DNA of 64,000 bases from a virus, in IMG/VR virus record IMGVR_UViG_3300033128_000027, positions 185 to 64,184 of that record, one strand, 5' to 3'. A model generated the notes under the pieces. That model was not told the DNA's origin and did not search any database. It worked only from the letters and a program-made list of their open reading frames with translations. Each line of letters starts with the position of its first letter. Position 1 is the stretch's first letter. Made by a program: the position numbers and the translations under genes. This document shows positions 29,849-39,344 of this stretch, in pieces.

Positions 29849-30385
29849 ATGGCAAGTCGTATTTTAAAAGCCTTAACTGAGGTAGGCACTCATACTGTTG
29901 GTAACTTAAATTCTATGAAAATCAAAACACTAGCGCATGGTGCTTTAGTTGAAGGAGCAGATATTGATAACTTCACACTTGTTGAACTTGGTTTCAATGC
30001 TGATGGAGAACGTACTGCGAAACAATTATCAGCTATTGATAAGAAGGCATACTTAATTGCTACTCCTGAAGTGAGATATTTAGGTGAAGCAATGGTTGAT
30101 TTCTATAACGGGGTTGGAGAACGTGCGAGAATCGTAATTTTCGAACCAGGTTATACTCGATTTGAAACATCTGCGTTCACATTAAATACTGGCGTTTCTG
30201 CGGTTGCTAAAGGACAGGTTGCTCACTTTGATCCTGCTACTAAGAAATTTATTATTTCTGAAGTTGGATCAGCTCATGAAGATTACGCAGGATCTTCTGC
30301 TAAGTTCTTAGTAGTAAATAGTGAAGATGACATGGAATACACTTTAGGTGCTGCAACTGTGCGTCTTGAAGTAATTGAAGCCTAA
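29849..30385 (+). CDS. Head decoration/minor capsid protein (YonC position)
   Basis: Synteny; 178 aa. Confidence 0.6.
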   Translation: MASRILKALTEVGTHTVGNLNSMKIKTLAHGALVEGADIDNFTLVELGFNADGERTAKQLSAIDKKAYLIATPEVRYLGEAMVDFYNGVGERARIVIFEPGYTRFETSAFTLNTGVSAVAKGQVAHFDPATKKFIISEVGSAHEDYAGSSAKFLVVNSEDDMEYTLGAATVRLEVIEA

Positions 30386-30416
30386 TTTTAAAAATAACTT
30401 ATAAGGAGATTTAATA

Positions 30417-31433
30417 ATGACACTTGATAACTCAAAATTAAAAGGCTTGTTTAGCCGTGTATACAATAACAAAATGGAAGAAAAGGATTCAACTGATATT
30501 AAAGCTTATATTACTAAAGTATTCGGCGATGGTTCACAAACTCCAGATCCTTCTGCATTGCATCAATTTAACACTTTAGTTGTAGAAATGGCAGATGAAA
30601 TTGCAAAACCTATGGTGACTAACCTTCTTTCTTTATTTGCTAAAGTGGAAAATCGTAATCGCGGTGATTTAGTAGAATTAAAGATTCCACAAAAGAACAA
30701 AGCTAAGGTAGTTTGGTCTGCTGTTGGTTCTGGTGTAGATTTAGTACGTGTAGAAGGTAAAAAGTCTATTGTAGCAGTTCCTGTTCACCTATCTACTGGT
30801 TTCTATTATGAGCCACTTGATTTAGTTAAGGAATCAGAAGAATATTTCCGCAAATTAATCAATGACGTTGCTAATGCAAAAGTACGTTTATTCCTTGATA
30901 AGATCAATGAGCTTACTGCTACAGCTATTACAAGTGGTAAGATCCCAGGTAAAAACGTTGTAACAGGTGCTAACTTGACAATTGCACAATACAATAAAGT
31001 GGCTTCTGTACTTCAACGTTATGGTGGTCGTCCTGTATTTGTTGCAGATGCTTTATTGATTGACTATTTTGCTATGCAACAAGCTACAGATTCTACTTTG
31101 AAAAACCTTTTAACTGATGGTATTAAAGATGAATTATTAACAGCATTAAATCCAGCAACTATCGCTCGTACTACTGCGGTCAACTTGGTAAACCCATTCA
31201 CTGATGCTACTAACTCTAAAGTTGAGCTTCCAGTAAATAAAGGTTACATGTTTGCCGGTGGAGTAGAACAAAAACCATTCTCTATCGTTGAGTATGGTGG
31301 ATTACGTCAACAAACTGCTACAGATATTGAAGATGAAAGAGTTATGATGAAAATTACTCAAGATGTTGCAGTTAACCTATTATTTGGTGAGGCTATCGGG
31401 ATTATTGAAGAGCAATCTGCAGTTACTTTATAA
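30417..31433 (+). CDS. yonB: Major capsid protein
   Basis: 338 aa, strong RBS, followed by hairpin; SPbeta synteny. Confidence 0.78.
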   Translation: MTLDNSKLKGLFSRVYNNKMEEKDSTDIKAYITKVFGDGSQTPDPSALHQFNTLVVEMADEIAKPMVTNLLSLFAKVENRNRGDLVELKIPQKNKAKVVWSAVGSGVDLVRVEGKKSIVAVPVHLSTGFYYEPLDLVKESEEYFRKLINDVANAKVRLFLDKINELTATAITSGKIPGKNVVTGANLTIAQYNKVASVLQRYGGRPVFVADALLIDYFAMQQATDSTLKNLLTDGIKDELLTALNPATIARTTAVNLVNPFTDATNSKVELPVNKGYMFAGGVEQKPFSIVEYGGLRQQTATDIEDERVMMKITQDVAVNLLFGEAIGIIEEQSAVTL

Positions 31434-31508
31434 TTTTTTATAAAAATAAATTACAAGGGGTAAGAAAAAACTTACTCCTTTCTTAGGATAATAAGGAGGA
31501 TATTTTAT

Positions 31509-31973
31509 ATGACAGATAAAGTTAAATTAGGTAGATATAGAAACACATCTTATTTTGTTAGATATGATGGGGATGGATCAAATCGTCAGTATACATGGAA
31601 TGGTAGTAAAAATGGTAAACCTGATGTAAAAGAAGTACCTCGTGAGGTAGTTGAATGGTTAACTATGAGTACTATTTGTTTTGACAAAGGCGAATTGGTA
31701 ATTATGGATCAGAATGAAACTACAACGGAACTAAAAGATGGTATCGCAGAGATTGAAACATATGAAAACAACACTCACTCTCATGAAGAAATTAAAAAAT
31801 TATTAGAAGGCAATATCAATAAAATGAAAGCATCTTTAAACAAAATTACCGTTGATTCAGAAAAACAATTTGTTCTAGAAGTTGCTGCTACACTAAAAGA
31901 TGATTTAACTAAAGGTAAAATTGATTTCTTAGCTAATTGGATGAATATTGACCCTTCTCTTCTATTCGAATAA
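31509..31973 (+). CDS. Virion morphogenesis protein (YonA position)
   Basis: Synteny; AGGAGG RBS. Confidence 0.6.
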   Translation: MTDKVKLGRYRNTSYFVRYDGDGSNRQYTWNGSKNGKPDVKEVPREVVEWLTMSTICFDKGELVIMDQNETTTELKDGIAEIETYENNTHSHEEIKKLLEGNINKMKASLNKITVDSEKQFVLEVAATLKDDLTKGKIDFLANWMNIDPSLLFE

Positions 31974-31986
31974 GGAGTGATGATAA

Positions 31987-32382
31987 ATGACTTCTTATGA
32001 TGAAATTTGGACTACCTTTCTAAATAATTGTAAAGTATCCGATTTAGATTTACCTCAAACGAATAAAGCAATTTATGAATCTATCAGAAATGCAGTCATG
32101 TATATGAATAACAGACTGAGAACAGACCTAATTTGCGATGATGTTAAAGAAACGCTAAATAAAGAAATAACACAAGATCACCTTTTGATTTTAGCAAACT
32201 ATATTCGTTATATATTTTTAATTAACCAAAAGACATACTTTGAGAATCTTTGGCAGCCTTTCTCGAAAGATGTAGGCTTAAAAAACTTCAGCACTCAACT
32301 TAACTCTCTTAAATCATCTATTGAACTCCAAGATAAAACTATTGACCGTTTAATCATGAATACGGAGGTTGATTTCTTATGA
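31987..32382 (+). CDS. Head-tail connector-like protein (YomZ position)
   Basis: Synteny. Confidence 0.55.
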   Translation: MTSYDEIWTTFLNNCKVSDLDLPQTNKAIYESIRNAVMYMNNRLRTDLICDDVKETLNKEITQDHLLILANYIRYIFLINQKTYFENLWQPFSKDVGLKNFSTQLNSLKSSIELQDKTIDRLIMNTEVDFL

Positions 32383-32627
32383 GCAACCTTAAAGTAAAAA
32401 TAATTAAAAATGACGGAACTATTGAGATTGAATCGTTGTATGCTTATTGTTCAAGAATTAGTAAGAGAAATAATTCAATCTTATATAAGTTGGAGAATTA
32501 TCTAGGTAAAAGATTATTAGATGAGCCGGATTTGGTTGAATTGAGAGATATTATCCTTACTGTTAGCGCTGATGTTTCCAAGATAAGTCAACTAGTCATT
32601 TGTGGTGATGAAGATGAAGGATTATAG
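32379..32627 (+). CDS. Hypothetical virion-module protein
   Basis: ATGA overlap; synteny. Confidence 0.6.
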   Translation: MSNLKVKIIKNDGTIEIESLYAYCSRISKRNNSILYKLENYLGKRLLDEPDLVELRDIILTVSADVSKISQLVICGDEDEGL

Positions 32628-33285
32628 TAATTATCACAACATAAATACCAATGATAAAATACATCGAGACGGAATGACCTTATTAGAACATTCTCTTAAT
32701 GGTTTTGAATCTTATGAAGCATTTGTAGATAGCTATCCTACTCCTATTAGAGTATTGATTTATCAAAAATACGATTCTGATAGTGAAACTAAAAGAGTTA
32801 TCGGGCATATTGCAGATATAGAACGTGGGAACATATTAAACATCAATAAGCAAGATTGGTTAGTTGTGACAATTCCAGAGGATAACAAAATTTATCGAAA
32901 AGCAGATATGAAGATTTGTAACTCCTTCTTCCCCGCCATTACTGATAAAACGAAAGTTTTAATGCGGGATGATCAAGGAAATGTCATTCGAGATAAGTTT
33001 GGAGATCCTGTTTATCAATGGGTTGGTGGAGAAGAATTCTTAGTACCCTGTATTGTGGAATCTAGTATAAAAGATAGAGAGAAAAATAGTCAGCTAAATC
33101 TTCCTGATGGTCGAATTGTTATAACAATGAAATATCAACCAATTTCCAATGTTAAAGATAACTCTGAGTTTATGATGTATGACAATACTTACAAAATTGT
33201 CAACGTTGATAAAACTAAGGTGATTAATGAGGTTGGATTAATGACAATTACGGCTGATATTATACCAAGCGAGGTGACTTCATAA
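32602..33285 (+). CDS. Head closure/neck-like protein (YomX position)
   Basis: Synteny; IERGNILNINKQDWLV beta-rich pattern. Confidence 0.55.
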   Translation: MVMKMKDYSNYHNINTNDKIHRDGMTLLEHSLNGFESYEAFVDSYPTPIRVLIYQKYDSDSETKRVIGHIADIERGNILNINKQDWLVVTIPEDNKIYRKADMKICNSFFPAITDKTKVLMRDDQGNVIRDKFGDPVYQWVGGEEFLVPCIVESSIKDREKNSQLNLPDGRIVITMKYQPISNVKDNSEFMMYDNTYKIVNVDKTKVINEVGLMTITADIIPSEVTS

Positions 33286-33794
33286 TGGGCTTATATGATG
33301 ACATCCTCAACACATTTATACATATTAGGAAAGATGAAGACTTATTAAGATTATTAACTCTTAAACCAGAGAATTTTGCTGAAGGTATTCCTGACCCCCT
33401 ATCCCCTACTCTACCAAATATTATAGACAAACCGCCTGAAGAATTATCTGATATTCAAAATAAGCATATTATGAAGTCAGTGAAAGTTGATGATTTGGAG
33501 CCTATAAAATTGTGCAGATTATTTATTTATCCAGGAAGAAGAACTCCTGAACGAAATAATTACGCTACTGCAGATCAAGAAATACATATTGATATACTAT
33601 GTCATGTTGATTATGAGAATGGAGATTTTCGTTCCTCTAGAATTACTGATAGGTTAAACGACTTACTAGTAAATGCAAAAGTTAAAGGTGTGTTTGGGAA
33701 ATTAGAGTATGTTGGTGGGAATATAATATCAGGTGTACCTAGAAATTATGTTGGTTACAAGTGCGTATATGAGTTTGGAAGTTTTAGAAAATGA
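33285..33794 (+). CDS. Tail terminator-like protein (YomW position)
   Basis: Synteny; IHIDILCH...ITDRLNDLL. Confidence 0.55.
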   Translation: MGLYDDILNTFIHIRKDEDLLRLLTLKPENFAEGIPDPLSPTLPNIIDKPPEELSDIQNKHIMKSVKVDDLEPIKLCRLFIYPGRRTPERNNYATADQEIHIDILCHVDYENGDFRSSRITDRLNDLLVNAKVKGVFGKLEYVGGNIISGVPRNYVGYKCVYEFGSFRK

Positions 33795-34531
33795 GTGATG
33801 ATCTGAAAATATTAAAAGGCTCCCCTATTCAGTTAATCGATAATATTTTTGTTCATCCTCTCACTCTCGGAGAAATCTCTGAATTGGGCGAAGATTTATA
33901 TGTTCTCTGTTTGAACGGATTATTAATGAGTAAAAACCACATACCTATTAACGAACTAAGTTATGAAGAAAGAGTTTCTCATTCCAAATTAACAGAATAT
34001 CAGTTTTTTATTCAGTTACTAGAAGTAGATTTGAATATGAGAGAAATTGTGACTAATGCAATTAGAGTCTTTTTAAGGACTGATTCATTTTTCGACGAAG
34101 CAACTAGAAATTTTTATTTAATTAATAATAACAACCATCTTCCTTTGAAAGAGGAAGATTTTTTACGTTTAAGAGATGTTTTATCTAAACAGAACTTCAG
34201 AAGTGATTCTGCTGAAAATTATAAACCTGCCAATAAAAAAGCTAACGCATTACTTGAAAGATTAAACAAAGTTAAAAGTGAAATTCAAAAAAAGACTGGT
34301 AATGACAGTTTAACTTTAGCAGATACAATTTCTATTGTTGCGAGTAATAGTAAAAATATTAGTATTTTAAATGTTTGGGAGTTAACAGTTAACCAATTAT
34401 ATCTTGAGTATTTAAGACTAGTGCTTTGGGACAACTATCATAACGATTATATCCATCTACCTCATATGTCTGAAAAAGATAGGAAAGAAATGAAGCATTG
34501 GGTAGTTGGTAATAATAAAATTAAATTATAA
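33791..34531 (+). CDS. Hypothetical tail-module protein (YomV position)
   Basis: Synteny. Confidence 0.6.
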   Translation: MSDDLKILKGSPIQLIDNIFVHPLTLGEISELGEDLYVLCLNGLLMSKNHIPINELSYEERVSHSKLTEYQFFIQLLEVDLNMREIVTNAIRVFLRTDSFFDEATRNFYLINNNNHLPLKEEDFLRLRDVLSKQNFRSDSAENYKPANKKANALLERLNKVKSEIQKKTGNDSLTLADTISIVASNSKNISILNVWELTVNQLYLEYLRLVLWDNYHNDYIHLPHMSEKDRKEMKHWVVGNNKIKL

Positions 34532-34546
34532 TGGAGGAATTATCCA

Positions 34547-35311
34547 ATGGGTTTACAATATGGGATTAAGGAAGTATTAGACGTTAATATCGTCGACTTT
34601 AAAACAAAGAATCCTGTTGCTTTTGTTGATTATGCACAAGCAACAACTAATGAAGTTACAGGAGAAAGATTGGATTTAACTGGCGGACGTGGTAATGCTA
34701 AGCAGATGTCTTTTGATCACTCAAAAGCAGGTACTTTTACATTAACAGTTCCTTTGGTGGATTTAAATTTACTAGCACTTTTAACTGGAGAAGAGTTAGG
34801 TAAAGGTGTTGGTTCAATCTTTAAACGAGAAGTATTAAAAATAACTGAAACTGACGGAGCTCCTTCCGTTACATTATCAGAAACTCCTGTTGGAGACGTA
34901 AAATTATATAAATTGAAAGGTCTACGTGACACCGGGGAAGAGTTAACAATTACTGGTGTAACAGCTAAAGAAGTGGATATTTCTACTCCTGCTGTAAATG
35001 GTGAAGAAGTTATTGCTTTCTATCAATACGCAGCCCCTGCAACTTCTAATAGAGTTAGTATTAAATCAACTAAATTCCCTAAGACTGTGGCGATTTATGG
35101 AACAGGTTTAGCTAGAAACCAAGAAGATGATAGTGATTACCCTTGTCATGTGACTGTTTACAAGGCAAAACCTCAACAAAACATGACTTTTACTATGAGT
35201 GGTACTGAAGCTACTAATCTTGAAATTGTCTTTGATATGTATGAAGTCAAAGATGCTTCAGGTGAAGGTACTTATATTGACTACATTTTCGAAAATGACG
35301 ATGAAGCTTAA
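34547..35311 (+). CDS. Major tail (tube) protein
   Basis: 254 aa, strong RBS, followed by terminator; GGRGNAKQMSFD and LEIVFDM patterns. Confidence 0.72.
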   Translation: MGLQYGIKEVLDVNIVDFKTKNPVAFVDYAQATTNEVTGERLDLTGGRGNAKQMSFDHSKAGTFTLTVPLVDLNLLALLTGEELGKGVGSIFKREVLKITETDGAPSVTLSETPVGDVKLYKLKGLRDTGEELTITGVTAKEVDISTPAVNGEEVIAFYQYAAPATSNRVSIKSTKFPKTVAIYGTGLARNQEDDSDYPCHVTVYKAKPQQNMTFTMSGTEATNLEIVFDMYEVKDASGEGTYIDYIFENDDEA

Positions 35312-35330
35312 TACATAAATAAATTTTATT

Positions 35331-35356
35331 GAGGATTCTTCGGAGTCCTCTTTTTT
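35331..35356 (+). terminator. Intrinsic terminator
   Basis: GAGGATTC-TTCG-GAGTCCTC-TTTTTT. Confidence 0.85.
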
Positions 35357-35382
35357 AGGATTAAAAGGAGGAAAATAATAAC

Positions 35383-35919
35383 ATGGGTAAATCCACCGAT
35401 TTGAAATTAACTAAGAAGAAAGTCAAAGAAGTACACGAAACAGAAAAATACGAACTTAATGACGGTTCTACTATCACATTTTATCCTCTCTTCCCTCATA
35501 CAAAAATATTAGAATTGCATGAGGATCTTCAAAATATCTTGGCTACAAAAGATGAAAATATAAATCTAAGTGAAAAGTTAACTTTTTCATTATTGCATTT
35601 TTTTATTATTAAGCATTTTACCCATTTTAAATCTCAATTGAAAGCTAAAACTTTCAATGAGGTGTTAGGTGAAATTGATGCCTTAATTGATTTACGTGTA
35701 GATAATGGAGATAGTGCTTTTGAATTTATTATGAACGAATTATTCTTACAAACAGAGATAAATAAAGTTTATCAATACACAGCTAAACACATTGCACAAT
35801 TTGAATATGTAGAAAAATTACAAAATATGGTTCAAGAACACCTATTTAAGTTAGATCTGAAAAATGCTGATTTAATTGAGTCGGCTTTTAAGCAAAAGAA
35901 ACAAATACCTATGGTGTAG
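35383..35919 (+). CDS. Putative tail assembly chaperone
   Basis: Follows tail tube gene; helical. Confidence 0.5.
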   Translation: MGKSTDLKLTKKKVKEVHETEKYELNDGSTITFYPLFPHTKILELHEDLQNILATKDENINLSEKLTFSLLHFFIIKHFTHFKSQLKAKTFNEVLGEIDALIDLRVDNGDSAFEFIMNELFLQTEINKVYQYTAKHIAQFEYVEKLQNMVQEHLFKLDLKNADLIESAFKQKKQIPMV

Positions 35920-35934
35920 TTGGGATTGATGTAA

Positions 35935-36423
35935 ATGGCTACTGACACATTTGATAGTCTAGCAAAGCTATTAAAACATGTTGAAAAGAATCACTTTAGA
36001 CCAGTAATGGAAACCGTTATGGCTGAAATGGTCAAAGACGAGGAACAGAAAGCTATTGATAATACAGTATATGATGCTTATAAACCAGGAACTGAAGATG
36101 GTGAGCCATGGGTTTATGAACGTAGACGGGATAAAGGTGGCTTACGTTCTAGAGATAACATGAAAGTTGATGTTAAGCGTGTTGGGGATGGTATTGAATT
36201 ATCTGTTGAGAACATAACTAAAGGTGCAAATGGTTATGAAATAGCTGAGGGAATTGAGTATGGTACTGGATATGAATATACATCTAACCGTGATGGTACT
36301 GCTGATCAATATACCTCCCCTCGCCCATTCACTCAGGAAGCAGAGAAGGAAATTTTAAGTAGAGACTTACATACGAAAACAATGAAACAATCACTTAAAG
36401 CTCGTGGATTAGATATTGAATAA
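35935..36423 (+). CDS. HK97 gp10-like tail completion protein (YomN position)
   Basis: IEYGTGY...SPRPFTQEA motif. Confidence 0.6.
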   Translation: MATDTFDSLAKLLKHVEKNHFRPVMETVMAEMVKDEEQKAIDNTVYDAYKPGTEDGEPWVYERRRDKGGLRSRDNMKVDVKRVGDGIELSVENITKGANGYEIAEGIEYGTGYEYTSNRDGTADQYTSPRPFTQEAEKEILSRDLHTKTMKQSLKARGLDIE

Positions 36424-36441
36424 TTTATAGGAGGTGAGAAA

Positions 36442-37449
36442 TTGGGTAAAATTGAAAAGAATATGCTTCGTGATAGAGCCCCTAAATTACCAGAAGTGAC
36501 GGATGAAATGTGGAAATTAGTTAATGCAGAGTATCGTGAATTAGTAGAAGAATTTGTTTCAGTACAAAACCACTCTCCAGCTACTAAAAAGCAATATATA
36601 TCGGGTCTTAGGCAATTTGGCTATTACGTATATGACGCTATGAATAACAAAGCTCTACATAAAATAACTAAACGTGACTTTTTAAGATACATGAGTTATT
36701 TACGTGATAACCGAAAAATGTCTTCTAGTGCAATTAGTTTTAAGAAAGCTTGTGTTTCTAGTCTTTGTAATTATATCGAGAATGTAATTGTTGGTGAAGA
36801 TGACTTTAAGGATTATAAATTGTTCAGAAACTTCACTCGTGGTCTTCCTCCAATACCCAAAAATAAGGTATATGATAAGGTTAAAGTTACATATGAAGAA
36901 TACAAGGAAATGATGTCGGTTTTAGAAAATGATGAAAACTATTTAGGTATGGCTTGGTTATCCACCGCCTTTAATGTAGGTGCTAGACGTTCAGAAATAA
37001 TTCAATTCAAAACTGAGATCACTAGTTATAATTTCCCTGATGATGCTACTTTTGTTTATAGCCATAATGTTCGTCTGAAAGGACGTGGAGAAGACGGAAA
37101 AATAGAACCTTACATGATTAATCGAGAGGCATTAGATTATATAAATCTATGGTTAGATAAGCGTGGGTATGATCATGAGTATATTTTTACAACTAAATAT
37201 AATGGTAGTATAGATCAGATGTCAGCTTCTTGGGCTGACTATTTTTGTGCAAACACATTGTCAGACATATTAGGTAGACGGATTAATCCTCACTTATTTA
37301 AAGCTTCTTGTGTCACATATCTATTGGAGCAAGGTGTAAAACTTGAATTAGTCTCTAAATATGTTGCCCACCATGAAAACGTGGCTACAACTATTGCTCA
37401 TTATGACTTGCGTGATTTCGAAGAAGAAAAGAATAAAATATTTGGTTAA
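36442..37449 (+). CDS. yomM: Tyrosine recombinase within the tail module
   Basis: VGARRSE, LKGRG, NPHLFKAS, VAHHENVATTIAHY; position as SPbeta yomM. Confidence 0.88.
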   Translation: MGKIEKNMLRDRAPKLPEVTDEMWKLVNAEYRELVEEFVSVQNHSPATKKQYISGLRQFGYYVYDAMNNKALHKITKRDFLRYMSYLRDNRKMSSSAISFKKACVSSLCNYIENVIVGEDDFKDYKLFRNFTRGLPPIPKNKVYDKVKVTYEEYKEMMSVLENDENYLGMAWLSTAFNVGARRSEIIQFKTEITSYNFPDDATFVYSHNVRLKGRGEDGKIEPYMINREALDYINLWLDKRGYDHEYIFTTKYNGSIDQMSASWADYFCANTLSDILGRRINPHLFKASCVTYLLEQGVKLELVSKYVAHHENVATTIAHYDLRDFEEEKNKIFG

Positions 37450-37572
37450 TGGGAGTTATATTATGCTCCCTCCCTTCTCCCCTATTGTGCATACAAGAAG
37501 ACACTGGACAATTCCAATGTCTTCTTGTGTTTACGATAAGTTAAAAGTGCTGTTTTATTAGATGTTTATTTA

Positions 37573-37857
37573 CTAGTCATCTTTTTTAATATTCGATTGC
37601 ATTTTTATACCCATAGGTCTCAAATGACTATAATTTTCATTTTCTTCAATGATAAATAATTCATCAACCGTAACACCTAATACTCTACTAATAGAAACTA
37701 ATGTATTGATATCATACCTTGTTTGGCTATCGAATCTGCTAATAGTTGGTTCACCTACCCCAACTGCTTTAGCGAATTCTTTTTGGTTAGGATATTCACT
37801 TTGCTCAAGTAATTCTTTAAGCCTACCTTTAGCAACAAATCTTGTACGCTGACTCAT
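37573..37857 (-). CDS. XRE-family HTH regulator
   Basis: NQKEFAKAVGVGEPTISRFD...LVSISRVLGVTVDELF; GGGGAGG RBS gives start 37857. Confidence 0.85.
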   Translation of the reverse strand: MSQRTRFVAKGRLKELLEQSEYPNQKEFAKAVGVGEPTISRFDSQTRYDINTLVSISRVLGVTVDELFIIEENENYSHLRPMGIKMQSNIKKDD

Positions 37858-37893
37858 ATTTCCTCCCCAATCGTGCAACTCTTTATCTTTATG

Positions 37894-37968
37894 ATTACAT
37901 ATTACTCATTTGAAATATAATTGTCAATAAAGTCTTGACTAAATAATTTCATATATGTAATATGTAAT
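37894..37968. promoter_or_regulatory. Back-to-back divergent promoters inside a perfect 12-bp inverted repeat
   Basis: TTGACA-17-TAATAT (minus) and TTGACT-17-TAATAT (plus); ATTACATATTAC / GTAATATGTAAT. Confidence 0.75.
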
Positions 37969-37986
37969 TAACAACTAGAATTACAA

Positions 37987-38241
37987 ATGTGTAATTACAA
38001 ATTTATTATAAAAGGGAGAAAGATGAGAATGGCTTATGCTATGGGAAAAGTTGAATTTCTAGTAGGAATACAAATTGAGAGCGATAATGAGGAGGTTATA
38101 TTGGAACAAGCTAATTACAAATTTTCACCTGATTTAAATGTTGGTTATGAATTGTATAGGATCGATTATAAAGGTAAGCGTCATAAAATGGACATTTGTG
38201 AAATAGTTGGCGAAGGAATTTTAGATACTGTTGAAGAGTAA
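37987..38241 (+). CDS. Hypothetical protein (up to 84 aa)
   Basis: ORF track; promoter upstream; true start may be later (GGGAG RBS). Confidence 0.6.
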   Translation: MCNYKFIIKGRKMRMAYAMGKVEFLVGIQIESDNEEVILEQANYKFSPDLNVGYELYRIDYKGKRHKMDICEIVGEGILDTVEE

Positions 38242-38514
38242 GAGAGAAATATTTTAATTATTACATAGAGAGAAACGGTCATGGGTATTATGGAAAGTTT
38301 AATATTTGACAGTGGTGCAGCATACTGATCATATGCGAAGAAAGATGACGAATCCCCACTCTTCATCTCCCCTGTCCTATTTACTAATTAGAGTGATGGT
38401 TAATTTCCCAGGCAACCGCAACAACCGACAAAATGTTCTTTATTTCGAATAATTTCCTCCCCGCTATTCTCTTAATATGGTAAAATAGACAGAATGATGG
38501 GAGGTGTAAATTTA

Positions 38515-39129
38515 ATGCAACAATTAATTAACGGTGGTATTTACAATGTGAATTATAAAGGGGCACAAAGCTCAGAATTCAGCGGAAAACACCCTTCTAT
38601 TATAGTTAGAACATTAAAAGAGGATCAAATCTACCTTGTTGTACCACTTACTTCTTATACGAAAGAAAAAATGAACAAAATTAGGAAGTTTGGGTCTGGG
38701 AAAAAGTTATCATCAACTAATTCTATAGCTAGAATTGATAAGATGCAGATCATGCACAAAAGAGATATCAAAAATAGATGGTTAGTTAATGGAAAAGCTT
38801 TAAAGGTAACTCCAGAGGAATTCACTGAATTGAATAAAAAGGTATTAGAGTATATTACCTTGTCAAAACAAAAGGCTGAGAAAGAATATGATAAGTATCT
38901 AAAAGCTTATAATAACGTAAATCGTTATTTAAGGCAGTTTGTTGATGATGAAGTTACCCAAGAAAATTTCTTTGCTATTAGTACTAATAATGGCAGATCA
39001 AAAATAACTTGTAATAAGAAAGACCTATATTGGTTGACTAATAGTGATATAGTAGAAATAACTAAAAATCTTTTTGGAGTAAACGCTACTATTCAATACG
39101 ATAATAATCTATTAATTATTGAATATTAG
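38515..39129 (+). CDS. PemK/MazF-fold endoribonuclease-like protein with C-terminal extension
   Basis: GIYNVNY...EFSGKHPSIIV...YLVVPLTS...SIARIDKMQIM; GGGAGGTG RBS; TGGTAAAAT extended -10. Confidence 0.75.
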   Translation: MQQLINGGIYNVNYKGAQSSEFSGKHPSIIVRTLKEDQIYLVVPLTSYTKEKMNKIRKFGSGKKLSSTNSIARIDKMQIMHKRDIKNRWLVNGKALKVTPEEFTELNKKVLEYITLSKQKAEKEYDKYLKAYNNVNRYLRQFVDDEVTQENFFAISTNNGRSKITCNKKDLYWLTNSDIVEITKNLFGVNATIQYDNNLLIIEY

Positions 39130-39130
39130 T

Positions 39131-39159
39131 TTGACAATCTTTTGGCAAAATGATAATAT
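39131..39159 (+). promoter_or_regulatory. Strong sigmaA promoter directly after the toxin stop codon
   Basis: TTGACA-17-TAATAT with TG extended -10. Confidence 0.8.
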
Positions 39160-39164
39160 GAATT

Positions 39165-39308
39165 TAAGGAAGGGTAGCGATAGCATAAAACCAGCCTTGT
39201 TACATAAAAATTGAGAACTGTAGAAGGGTATTCTTTTTTGAAGTAAAACCAGCTACAATATTACGAATGAAAGAGATTAAAAGTTATTTTTAGTCTCTTT
39301 TCTCATTT
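39165..39308 (+). ncRNA. Candidate non-coding RNA with two GAAGGG...CCAGC repeats
   Basis: Promoter upstream, terminator hairpin 39270-39300, no ORF; repeats at 39169-39195 and 39223-39253. Confidence 0.55.
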
Positions 39309-39344
39309 TACAGGAATAATTTAATTTGTTTTTGGGTATAGATT

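Noticed and set aside
35860-35935. Programmed -1 frameshift of the tail assembly chaperone
   Set aside because: No convincing slippery heptamer leading into an extended open frame
36442-37449. Recombinase as the prophage integrase with nearby att sites
   Set aside because: Sits inside the structural module as SPbeta yomM does; no host junction or att-like direct repeat seen
38281-38328. 15-aa ORF (MGIMESLIFDSGAAY) as a signalling peptide
   Set aside because: No signal peptide, weak RBS, no TPR/RRNPP receptor gene in the window
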